A stretch of 64,000 nt of DNA from Octopus vulgaris. Lineage: Eukaryota. A model generated the notes under the pieces. It did not search any database, was not told the DNA's origin, and worked only from the letters and a program-made list of their open reading frames with translations. The translations under genes were made by a program, and so were the position numbers. Below are positions 37,657 through 49,790 of this stretch, one piece after another (position 1 is the first letter of the stretch; each line of letters opens with the position of its first letter). The stretch is taken from the NCBI GenBank assembly GCA_951406725.2, contig OX597824.1, positions 34,348,001 through 34,412,000 of the forward strand. Reading direction: 5' to 3'.

Positions 37657-40331
37657 GTCATTTATAAAATATAATTACTTAATTCATATTTGGATTTGTT
37701 TTGTTACTGATTCAAGTTTAAAATCTGTTTTCTTTTGCATTGTAAAACTCCTTAATTGTATTCCGTTTTGTTTTACTTTGTTTTGTTCCAAATGTTTATT
37801 GCTGTTGCTGAATTCTCTAATTTGTTGTTCTCCAACACCAATAACATAAAGATAAGCTGTTGTTGTATGGAGAGCAATGCTTCCCAGAACTCATACTACA
37901 ATATAATATCTAGCCAACCTCCACTATCCCAACCAGATTGCAACTTCAAAATACCACTTGGATTCAAAATCAAAATCAAAATTCAAATCAAAATCGAGGC
38001 AAGTGAAAATCAAAATCGAAATCGATCAACATCAATGGAAATTGTAGCTGTGATACCAGTGCCAGTGGCCGTTACCAGCGCTGCCCCGACAGGCCTCTGT
38101 GCCGGTGGCACGTAAAAAGCATCATCCGATTGTGGCCGTTGCCAGCCTCGTCTGGCTCCCGTGCCGGTGGCACGTAAAAACCACCATCCGATCATGGCTG
38201 TTTGCCAGCCTCATCTGGCACCTGTGCAGGTGGCTCGTAAAAAGCACCCACTACACTCACAGAGTGGTTGGCGTTAGGAAGGGCATCCAGCTGTAGAAAC
38301 ACTGCCAGATCAGACTGGGCCTGGTGCAACCTTCTGGCTTCCCAGACCCCAGTTGAACCGTCCAACCCATGCTAGCATGGAAAACAGACGTTAAATGATG
38401 ATGATGATGATGATGGTTATCATGTCTCTCTAAGGCAACAGTTTATAGAGCAAGCATAATATCTACAGATGATATCAAGCAGATTCATTGCAAACAACTT
38501 TAAGATTAGATTCAATCAACACATTCATTCATTCAAGGGATTGAGAATTCTAACATTTTATTGCAATATATCTAGAAATTAATGAATAGTAAAATTAAAA
38601 ATGTTCCCTAAACCTGGAATAACAAAGATAGAGCAACTTCATACTCCCACAATGCAAGGTGTGACCTACATATATTTAATAAATATCTATCTCACATAAT
38701 GACGTAGACTCTTGAAAAGAAGATACAAGATCCTATCTTTGTTCCAACTGGATTTCTTCCTAATCTAGAGTAGTTCTCTTAGCCATAAATTATTTAACTG
38801 TTCTTTTACTAGGATTATGTATTTATCTTGAATACACTTGAACAGTTGCAAATGGCAAGAAACACTAAAGAATGACAATAAATCATTAACTGTAGATCAA
38901 AATGAATAAATTCTACTCCAATGTATTGAGAACCAGTTCTTGCTTTTGTAAATCTAAACACACAAGCATCATCATCCTCTTTTAATGTCCACCTTCCGTT
39001 CTTGTATGGGTTGGAGTTTGACAAGATTCACCAGGCTGGGGGACTACATCAAACACCACTGTCTACTTTGACATAATTTCTATGGCTGAATGCCCTTTTT
39101 GATGCCAACCACATTTTTTACAGAGTGTACTGGGTATTTTTTAAGTGGCACCAGTATTAATGAGCTTGCCATGTATCTTGCAAGACTAAGCTCTTCAACT
39201 GAGCAGGGAGAGAGAGAGAGAAAGACAGCTATATGCTAGGTGATAGCGGTTAAAGTATGAGAGAAGGGTCTCGGATAGGTTTCTTGCCATAGAAAAGACA
39301 CATGGCTTCTATCATTATGTAAGAGTGAGTGGGGTGGCTGGGGTAGAGGTGGAAAGAGAAAGTCAGCCATCCTTACTAACTACAAAACTTATAACTAACA
39401 ACAACTGCAAAACCAGCACATATAAGCTGCAATAGATGCCTCTATTCATTATATAACCTGTAAGATCTCATTTTTTTTATTTTTTACAAACTAAACCAAC
39501 TTTGTGAAATCTTCTTTTCTACCATATCTCAACCATTATTTGGAAAGGGGCCCTGGCATGGAAAAAGCCTCAACATTTTCTGCCAGTTTTGCATCTAACT
39601 TCATGTGACAGTGTGTGGCCTAGTGGTTGCGGTGTTGCTCTTTTGATCGCAAGATTGTGGTTTCAATTCTCAAACTGGGTGGAGTGTTATGTTCTTGAGC
39701 AAAACACTTCATTTCACTCAGTCCAGTCTGCTCTAAATGAGTAAACCTACAACAGACTGAGGTCTCATTCTCAAGGGAAATGTTGGGACATCAGTCACTT
39801 ATATGCCATGCAAACCAGGTTATCAGCTCTCTGAGTTGACAGTAATCACCAGGATACTTACTTTGCATCTAATTCTACACTACATATAGCAGGTAAATCT
39901 CCTCCCAAACTATCCCTTTTGACTCCACTAAGCAAACATATATACCAAGTGCAAAAGTCTCCTCTAGTCACTTTCCTTTGTTTTCCAGTTGGAGTATCTA
40001 TGTATCTACTCTACAGCAAGACAATTATCTCCTCTATACCTTAAATGGCACTAAGCCACACACCCTCGATACTACTCTTCCACCTTCCCAGTTGAGAGAT
40101 CCTTGTTTTGCAAGGTACTTGGTAATCCTGTTGGTGCTGGTGCTATTTAAAAATCCCCCAGTACACTCTCGGAGTGGTTGGTGTTTCAGAATGGCATCAA
40201 GCTGTAGAAACAATGCCAAAATGGATGATAGAACCAGGTGCAACTTCTGTCAAACCGTCCAACCCAACCCAGCGTGGAAACCATTAAATGATGGTGATGA
40301 CATCCAACTTATTGTTTTGAATGCTGTACAC

Positions 40332-40658
40332 CAGTCGTTCTCAGCCAGGGTCCATATAAGATTTTGGCAGGGCCCACACAACAAAATAGTAAATTGGGGA
40401 TCTACAGTAGTATTTTAAGGGCCCCTGAATAAATTTTGATTTAGATGTATGTATTGTAAGAAACAAATGTTTCTTTCTCAAGTGTTTTACGCAGGAGTGG
40501 CTGTGTGGTAAGTAGCTTGCTAACCAACCACATGGTTCCGGGTTCAGTCCCACTGCGTGGCATCTTGGGCAAGTGTCTTCTGCTATAGCCCCGGGCCGAC
40601 CAAAGCCTTGTGAGTGGATTTGGTAGACGGAAACTGAAAGAAGCCTGTCGTATATATG

Positions 40659-40691
<33 letters not shown>

Positions 40692-41073
40692 TTCTGTGTC
40701 TGTGTTTGTTCCCCTAGCATTGCTTGACAACCGATGCTTGTGTGTTTACGTCCCCGTCACTTAGCAGTTCGGCAAAAAAAGACCGATAGAATAAGTACTG
40801 GGCTTACAAAAAAAAAAGAATAAGTCCCGGGGTTGATTTGCTCGACTAGAGGCGGTGCTCCAGCATGGCCACAGTCAAATGACTGAAACAAGTAAAAGAG
40901 TAAAGAGAGAGAGAGTTCAGCCTACACAAGTTAATGTTTGAGAAACAAAATAGGAATTTTGAAAAAAAGTTTCTATAAGACTAGTTTTTAAACATCGAAT
41001 GGCTATGGGGTCCACCAGAACAAAATAGTAATCAAAGGGGCTCATAGATGAAAAAAATGGTTGAGAAACCCTG
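40332..41073. mobile_element. Non-autonomous hAT (Charlie/Buster-type) element with a nested SINE-A
   Basis: TIRs CAGTCGTTCTCAGCC / CAGGGTTTCTCAACC; 8-bp TSD CTGTACAC / CTGTAAAC. Confidence 0.75.
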
Positions 41074-41140
41074 CTGTAAACTGTGGTTATTATCGTGAGA
41101 AATCATCTTGTGTAGACATTAAATGCTAACAAAGCACAGA

Positions 41141-41341
41141 TTATAACAGTAGACGCAATTTCATCAACACTAGCAGATGGGGCTGTTGTATCACATAATT
41201 TCAGTGTAATTTGTGCTTCATCACCAACAGACATTTGGTGGTAGGTAGCCTGTTGCTGATAAAATTGCAATTTACACTGAAATCACTTGATACAACAGTC
41301 CCATTTGCCAGTGTTGATGAAATTTTCGTCTGCCAATATAA
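41141..41341. mobile_element. Hairpin MITE (about 200 bp, almost wholly self-complementary)
   Basis: AGACG..AATTTCATCAACACT..TGTTGTATCA..TTTCAGTGTAA is mirrored by TTACACTGAAA..TGATACAACA..AGTGTTGATGAAATT..CGTCT. Confidence 0.75.
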
Positions 41342-42195
41342 TGTCTTTATTATATAGTTTTTAACACTTAGTGACAGTACAGATGTAAAATAATGGTACT
41401 AATAATGCCCTGCCATATGTGGGGTCTTGTTTTGCTAATTATTTAGTAACCTCACAGGTGCTGGAGCCACATAAAAAGCATTCATGACAATGTATAAAGT
41501 GATATATGTTAAGAAGGGCATCCTGCTGTAGAAACCACAAAGCAGACATTGGAGCTGGGTGCAGTCTTGTGACTCTCTTGTCAAATCACCTAATCTATGC
41601 CAGCATGGAAAATAGAGAGGTTAAGTGGTGATGATGATGAATAATGTGTTTTAGTAAATTTTGAAGAGCTTAAATTATAAGTACAGAGTGCCTACAAACA
41701 TGAAATTTTAGTAGGTTCTTAACTGATATTTAAACACTGCCATCATCATACACAAGTGGAGCATTTATAGAAGAGCCAATCCTGCCTGCCTTAAGTGGCC
41801 AACATCTGATGTTATAAAGATAAAATAGAGTAAAATAGCACAAACAATAATTTGAGATGGAATTGTACATCCTCTTAGTATAATTAGTTATGTAGTAATG
41901 CAATAAATGATAGATATGTCATTTGAGTCCAACCATGGAACAGATGCTTGCCTATCCCAAAATGGTACTTATGTCTAATATCATTCTAATATATTTATAA
42001 ACTGAAGGCTACAATTATACATTTCAGTCCCTGAAATTTTGTATAAAGGCACATCTTTTCAAGAAGAAAAAAAAAACGTAGGCCATGTGTAACTAATCTG
42101 ATACCTGCTATAAACTTGGGAAAGATCAAGCCTTGGTGTTAGTTTACATTAAAAATATTAATAGTTAATTCATAAAAACACAACAGTTTGAACAA

Positions 42196-42206
42196 TTTAT
42201 TTTATT
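42196..42206 (-). terminator. Candidate polyA signals of the IL17R-like gene
   Basis: Two overlapping AATAAA on the minus strand about 1.3 kb past the stop. Weak evidence in AT-rich DNA. Confidence 0.3.
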
Positions 42207-43470
42207 ATTTATATAAATGCATAACAATAGGTATGTTTAACAAATTAAATGTTTTTTTTAGACAATTTTTAAAACAAATAAGAAAACAATCAAGAAATGC
42301 AATGTTTTTAACAACAAAAGATATTTCTCAGTGTCTTTTGTTTTTTTTTTTTTAGGTCTTTTTCTTTTTCCCAAAGCAAAAATATATTTTTATAAGAAAA
42401 TATACAATGGTTTATGAAAAAGGAGTATTAAGAAATTGGACTGTGTAATTAGTAAATATCACATTCTATGTTTGTCTGATAAGATGAATTGTTTGATTAA
42501 AATGATCTAGCACCAAATAGCAAGGATTCAAGTTTAATCAACACAAAACTTCAGAGTTGAGATTTTAATGAAGGAATAGTAAAACATGAGATTCTCATTT
42601 TTTTTAAAGTTATTAGAAATATAAGTTTCAAATGGAACCAAAACTGACTCCTAAATTCAGCTCATTTGAATATGTTTTATTTATTATATTTGTACAAGAC
42701 AGGCATATCTCTCACCAGAATAGGTTGAATCAAATCTAGTACAGAATTAGTACCTATTTCATTGACCCTTGAAGAAAAGCAAGGTTGATCTCAAAGGGGA
42801 TTTCAGCTTAGAATACACAAGGCACCTAAGGTCACCACTACAGCCTCTGTTACTTAAGTGTCTTCAGTTTTTTCTGTAAATTTTCCATAACCCTTAAAGG
42901 TTTATTGGGTGATGAATGAAGCCTGCAGAGTGTGTCCATCTAAATTTCATTGACAACAGTTGGATATTACAAGTGTAGTGGATAATTGTGGTGAAAACTT
43001 GCTCCTTTTTTTCACTACAACAATGCCATTTGATATCTTTAACCCTTTAGCATTCAGATTATTCTGTCAAATGTAGTGTTTATTTATTCACATTGTTATG
43101 AATTGATCATGTATTATTTTGAGATTTTGATGATGTGATTGTTTACTGTTAAAATGACATTGGAGTGTAGGTATGAGAGGTCGGATGTAGCTGACTTGAA
43201 CACAAAGCAGGTAGAATATTTGGGGCCAGATATGGCTGGTTTAAACACAACAGTAATAGAAAAATGAAATGTTCACTCCTAGTACTATATACTTCACACA
43301 CATCTGAAAGAAGAATCAAGATTTCAAGACTGTCATGCCCCTAACATAACATTTCAACAGTGGCAGTTAAGGCTAGCTGTCTTACAGTAAACTGCAAAGT
43401 AAATCTAACCCATAATAGTAGTATCATTCAGTTACATAAAACTGAAAGGAAACATTGCTTGTAGATTGTC

Positions 43471-44237
43471 TTAAACATTTAGTATACTACTGTTTTCAAT
43501 ATTGTTTATGTTAAAAAAGTTCAATAGATTTCCTTCATCATTTTTCTTTTGTAATGTGTGGAGCAATTCACTTACACTGCAGCTGTTAATTGAACAATCT
43601 ATATTAAAGTTATTGTTATTCTTTTTCGTACTTTTTCTATCTTTGCTGTATAAAGAGGAGATCAAATTTTCAGGAATGGGATCACCATATTTTTCTGAAA
43701 ACCAATTTTTATTGCATCTTTCATATTCTGCAGCATTGCTGATGGCATTCAGTAATGCTTGCTTTTTAAAAAATCCTCGAAATCTTATTGAAACATCAAC
43801 CATACTTTTAACCATGTCAAATAAATTTCTTGGTATAGAAAAATTTCCATTTTGTGAAGGATAATGCTTAAACACTGGACTGTCAGGAGTGTGGTCAAAT
43901 TTCAAGCTTATTATTTTATGGCAGTCTTTTTCAAGGTTTAATTCATCAATCAATATGAATGTTTGATTGGTCAGGTTACTTGAATGTTCTTCCGTAAAAA
44001 ATTTTTCATAATCTTTTCCTTCAGCCCAAGCCTTCTGTCTCTCAGCCAATGCAGTAGAATTTATAAGAAGAACAATATCATATACATCAAAGACACATTT
44101 ACCAAATTTTTTGGCATGGTGAACAATCACTCCAAAATCTTCCAAATATTTAATTAACTGTTGCACAGCCTTATCATGCAAAAAATGATCATTGAGGCAC
44201 AATAACATGGCATATTTCTTTGGAAGCTTTTTGGAAC
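43471..44237 (-). CDS. IL-17 receptor-like gene, last exon (divergent SEFIR plus TILL-like region)
   Basis: TTTACAG acceptor, phase 1. AMLLCLNDHFLHDKAVQQLIKYLEDFG resembles SEFIR box 1; YDIVLLINS and KIISLKF follow. ALLNAISNAAEYERCNKNWFSEKY resembles the IL17RA/RD post-SEFIR L..AI.......P.WF motif. Confidence 0.8.
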
Positions 44238-46097
44238 CTGTAAAGATGAAAGAGAGAGAAAATAAATTGAATTGTTACAATTTCACTAAAAAAAATATGC
44301 TTAACCCTTGAAAAATTGCAAAATATTGTGGGGAAAAAGTGTACGAAGAGGGAAACAGAAAATAAATATGACTAAATATAGGTGTAGGAGTGGCTGTGTG
44401 GTAAGTAGCTTGCTTACCAACCACATGGTTCCAGGTTCAGTCCCACTGCGTGGCACCTTGGGCAAGTGTCTTCTACTATAGCCTCGGGCCGACCAAAGCC
44501 TTGTGAGTGGATTTGGTAGACGGAAACTGAAAGAAGCCTGTCGTATATATATATATATGTGTGTGTGTGTGTCTGTCCCCCCCAACATCACTTGACAACC
44601 GATGCTGGTGTGTTTATGTCCCTGTTACTTAGCAGTTCGGCAAAAGAGACTGATAGAATAAGTACAAGGCTTACAAAGAGTAAGTCCTGGGGTCGCTTTG
44701 CTCAACTAAAGGCGGGGCTCCAGCATGGTCGCAGTCAAATGACTGGAACCAGTAAAAAGAGTAAGAATAAAGAGTAAATATGTTTCAATAGAAATTTTGA
44801 AGGTGAAAAAAGGAAATTGGAAACTATAAACAAATGGTGCTAGAAATAACCTAAGTACTATTGACCTGTTAGTCAATGGTTGGTAAATTTTGATGCCTCA
44901 GTATCTCATTAGTGAAGTGAATATAATGTTAACTGTTCAGTACATGTTGCATTGCAGGATTGCAAATGATGTGTATGTTAGTAATTTTACTAGAGTTGTC
45001 TGTGTAGTTAAGGCTTCAAAAGTACGTTTACTTATTATATAAGAGTAGACAGCAGCAGTTTAGTGTGGAAGTACTACCAAATCTGTCTTGATCTTAAACT
45101 GGTCAATTTAAAATGGCAAACTACATCTGCTGTAATCTGTGGCAACTTTATGACTATGAACACACTTTCCGAAAGTTCTTGTGAAGTATAACCAGAACTG
45201 ATTACTTTCATATACATAGAAGCAGTTACCAAAACCTAGCCTCAGTAGCACATGTTCTCAAACCGAAATTACATAAAAGAAGACTTGCAGAGCCCTGTAC
45301 AACAATGACAAGCAAAATTATGAAGCTTTTCACACCTTTAAAAAGTCAGTTCAAAACTGGATGTGATCCCAGCACACATGTCCAAACCATTCTGCTCCTC
45401 TAAATTAGCAAGACAGGCCCATCCACTATACTTGCTGCTTCTCTTTTCTTTACCCCTGATATGTCTAACCTCCTTCTAATCTTGTGCAAAACATTTTACT
45501 AAATCCCTTTTTCACAAACTGCATCCCTCTGAAACTCCTTCCTGACTTATATTTTTTTCTCCGCCTATCAAGGGAATTCCCACAAAAGTTAACATCATCA
45601 ACCTCACCAGCATAGATAGGCCTGAAAGTCTATAAGCACATCCTCTCTTTCATTGACTAAGAAATATATTAGATCATCCCATAAGTAATGTTCAAACAAA
45701 GCATTAGAAGGAACGATCACTAAATTTCAGATTTTCTCAAAATTCATTTGTCCTAAATAATAATAATAATATGCTAATACCTACACTTGTGGTGTGTGTC
45801 ACACTTAGTTGAAAGGAAGAGGTAAAAAGAGAGATAACGTGTTAAATGCAGGAGGATGGGTGAGAGGCAAGGAGATATAGAGGAGGGAGGGGAAGGGAGA
45901 GATTTAGAGAGATAGATTGAGTGAAGGAAGGGAGTGGATAGAGAATAATAGTGGAAGAGAATGAAACTGTTCTCATTTCGTCATAGAGAAAATGCAGGAA
46001 AACTTTTCGTTTTGGATGACATATGATAAAGCCATTGAAAATATGGAAACTGTAAGAAGAAATATTGCCCATTTATCTATCTATCTATCTATCTGAC

Positions 46098-46560
46098 TGT
46101 TATATTAACTTCATCAGTTAAAAGCATAAAATATCTTTTTAAATATGTTTATAAAGGACATAACTGTTCAGTGATGGAATTTATTTCAGACCAACAAAAT
46201 GCCACTGAAGGTGGAGAAATAAGACTGCGTCAACAGTATGAGGAAATAAAACAATTCTTGTCCTGCAGATATGTTTCCGCTCCTGAAGCAATGTGGTGCC
46301 TCTCCAACTATCCTATGCATAGCCAATCTCGTACAGTGTACCATCTAGCTGTACATCTTCCAGGTGAACAGAAAGTGTATTATCGACAGGGAGAGCAACA
46401 AGGAGCAGTTAATAGAGCTTGAGTATGTGACACAACATTAACTTCTTGGTTCAAATCAAACCAAAATTATATAAATTCATGCCCTTTTCTGTATTGCAAA
46501 ATTCCTGATCACTACGTATTCAATAAAAACACATGTTCAACACACAGACAACGAGCATGC
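46098..46560 (+). mobile_element. Helitron Rep/helicase fragment
   Basis: SVKSIKYLFKYVYKGH...EIKQFLSCRYVSAPEAMW...LAVHLPGEQ...TTLTSWF...IPDHYVFN with an internal stop. Confidence 0.85.
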
Positions 46561-47381
46561 AATATTCTTTTCTACTCTAGGCACAAAGCCCGAAATTTGG
46601 GGGGAGGGGGAGAGGGTCAGTCGATTAGATCAACCCCAGTTGTGCCAGGTTGTGGCCCTAATACCACTCAGTGTCAGACCAATCTGCCTTGGGTGGCCCT
46701 ACCAGGAACCAAAGTTCTCAACGGCATAGCTCTAACATTACTCGTTGCCAGCGTCCCCACCACGGTGTGGAGGGGATGGACTTTGGACTACAGGTGGTAA
46801 TAGTTAAACAAAAAATCTTCAATGCTCACACCACCTGGGGATGTGGGAGTGAGCAATGTGCATGTATATGAAGTGTCCAATTTAAAAAATATCAAATTAT
46901 ATTGCATAAAAATTTACGATCATCAGTAGTATAACATAAAAATAAAAAAATTATTTAATAGTTAAATATGGTCACTATTTAAAGATGCTTACATTTTTTG
47001 TATTCTGTAGAATTTCCCAAGGTCCTGCTTATACATAATTATTTGATAGTTATTAAATGAAATCACTATTTACAGATGCTTGCATTTTTTATGTTTTCCG
47101 TGAAATTTTCACAGGTTCAGCTAGTTTACATAATTATTATTATCATTAATGACCTTCCAATGGTTTGTAAATTCACTTGAATACTAAATTCTGCATCATT
47201 TTCAATCAAAAGCTATCTTTTGTGGTTTTTGTGCTAATAAAAGGAACCAAAGTCTAACAAGATTTCAAAATAACACTGCTAACATTACGAATACTTGTTG
47301 AAATATCAAAAAAGTACTTGTGGCTTTTAAACAAAACATAAAACAATGATATTATACCATAGAAACATATTTTCAACTTAC

Positions 47382-47501
47382 TTTTACATAAGACACATTT
47401 CATAATGACTAAAATCGAAATAATTGCAGCTATAACAATAATTGCAACAGTAATATTTTTAATCATGTCTGGTTCTGGAGTTGGATTTCTCGGACATATA
47501 T
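47382..47501 (-). CDS. IL-17 receptor-like gene, transmembrane exon
   Basis: TTTCAG acceptor, GTAAGT donor; 120 nt, phase 1-1; ICPRNPTPEPDMIKNITVAIIVIAAIISILVIMKCVLCK joins the last exon in frame. Confidence 0.85.
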
Positions 47502-47597
47502 CTGAAAGACAAAACACAATTTCTAAATAGTTATATTTCATATAATTACCATTTCATTTTGAAATTTTTACTTTTAGTCTGAGATTTTAATGGTTAA

Positions 47598-47983
47598 CAC
47601 GTAAAGCGTGATGGGCTATAATCATGGCCCAGATAGATGCATTTAATTTATGGGCATTTGTTGGGGTCTAATGTCACTCAAACACTCCGATAATCCCCCC
47701 CCCCCCCAGAATGCAAGAGGACTAACAGTTCAACTAATGATTTTTCAGATGATGTAAAACTTGCCACCATTACTCTTTTACTTGTTTCAGTCATTTGACT
47801 GCGGCCATGCTGGAGCACCGCCTTTAATCGAGCAACTCGACCTCGGGACTTATTCTTTTGTAAGCCCAGTACTTATTCTATCGGTCTCTTTTTGCCGAAC
47901 CGCTAAGTAACGGGGACATAAACACACCAGCATTGGTTGTCAAGCAATGCTAAGGGACAAACACAGACACACAAACACACACA

Positions 47984-48023
<40 letters not shown>

Positions 48024-48316
48024 TACGACGGGCTTCTTTCAGTTTCCGTCTACCAAATCTACTCACAAGGCTTTGGTCGGCCCGAGGCTATAGTAGAAGA
48101 CACTTGCCCAAGGTGCCACGCAGTGGGACTGAACCTGGAACCATGTGGTTGGTAAACAAGCTACTTACCACACAGCCACTCCTGCGCCTACCATTGTATA
48201 CTAAGAAGATATTTTAACTATTTAAAAAAATTTTTATGTGTGCATGGTCATCTCATTTTCATAAAACGTGCTCAGCAGTCCATGCTATGTAAGTGCAAAT
48301 CTCAGTGCTTTATGAG
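47598..48316. mobile_element. Possible older TTAA-flanked MITE with a nested SINE-A
   Basis: TTAA-CACGTAAAGCG ... TGCTTTATGAG-TTAA; ends match as an inverted repeat at 8 of 11 positions. Confidence 0.4.
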
Positions 48317-49589
48317 TTAAAACCCCACTAAAACTGTCTTGTTATAAACATCCTACAGAAGAAATCAGAAGAGAAAAATACTTCCCAACATCTAATAAGT
48401 GTATTTCTCTAATGACTATTAATAAAACTGTTCCTGGAAAATTACCCAAGACTATTGATGGAAAAATAATCGTGAATCAAACAGTTCCAGAACACTTATA
48501 TCTATTTCTATTACTGCTATGAATATACGACTCCATAGATATATAAATTAAGTGATTTGGTATAGAGGCAACAACAGTAGCATGATATGCTCAAAGATTG
48601 TCTATTCCTTCTACTAATTATAACATTTAACAACAAGGCTGTCACTATAACTGTTATTGGTTTGTAGCTGAGTCTGTTATTCAGAAGCAACAGAAATTTC
48701 AAAATTTTATCAATAGCAAAATTTAAAATCAAAAAATAACAACCACTCAATTATGAATGAACTTTCTTTAGAAATCTTGTAAACCAAACATATCTAAAGC
48801 CTTTAAATATACAAGGTGACTTGTATCAACAATAATACTGGATTGGTGTTATACAGTATTGGTCACAATATTCTTCCAATACTTTCCTGCTTGTACACAT
48901 CTTTTCCATCTTGGCTCAAATCAAGACTTTTTTTAAGGAGTGGGGGGGGCAGATTTTAAATTTTCTTTATTTCCTTGTTGTTTGAAAGTGCCAACAAGGA
49001 GTAGAGATAGAGAAAAATTTAAAATCTGCATACGAGTAATTTATTAGATTTGATTTCACATGACATAATTTCTATTAGAGGTAGGACTTTTCCCACAAGT
49101 AATATTCCCAAGTTTTCCTGCAATCAAGATAAACTGAAGCATCTAAAAATCAACATCCAGTCTAAAGATAGAGGAACCAGTTGTTATAAATTTGATATGA
49201 AGATCCGACTCAGTGGTGAGAGCGTGAAGCTCACAATCACAAGGTGGTGAGTTCGATTCCCAGAATGGGCTATGTGTTGTGTTCTTGAGCAAGATACTCT
49301 ATTTCATGTTCACTCAGCTGTAGAAATGAGTGCCAAGCTGTATCAGCCTTTGTCTTATCTTTGAATAACATTGGTGGCATGGCGAGGGGGGGGGGGGGGC
49401 TAGTATACATGAGTGACTGCTGGTCTTCCATAAAATATCTTGCCCAGACTTGTGCCTCAGAGGGTAACTTTCTATGTGCAATCCCATGGTCATTCATTTT
49501 ACTTTTAATTCACCCCTAGAAACCAGATAGTTAGTCCTTAAATAATGCAAAATCTATGGCAGATTCTGATAACTGAAATGTAGGAGCTG

Positions 49590-49790
49590 TTTTGGAATTG
49601 GTTACTAATATCACAAAATCAATCAACTTTATTAATCCTAAACCATTAAATGCAAAATATTTTTCAAAAATCTACAAACCAGTAAATTCTATTTTATGTG
49701 TACTTGTGACATCACATAATTTGCATGTGTTTCCCTTGGTGCCACAAAGACAGTTATTTTCATCAATTGAATAGGGTTTAAGCTAGAAAA
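49590..49790 (+). mobile_element. Possible decayed hAT transposase fragment
   Basis: VLELVTNITKSINFINPKPLNAKYFSKI resembles the Buster-type V...VKIINFIK.RPLN.RLF segment. Confidence 0.35.

Noticed and set aside
49034-49117. Open 84-nt AG/GT-bounded segment as the missing IL17R exon
   Set aside because: It is phase 0-0, so it does not fix the frame, and its peptide does not resemble an IL17R ectodomain.
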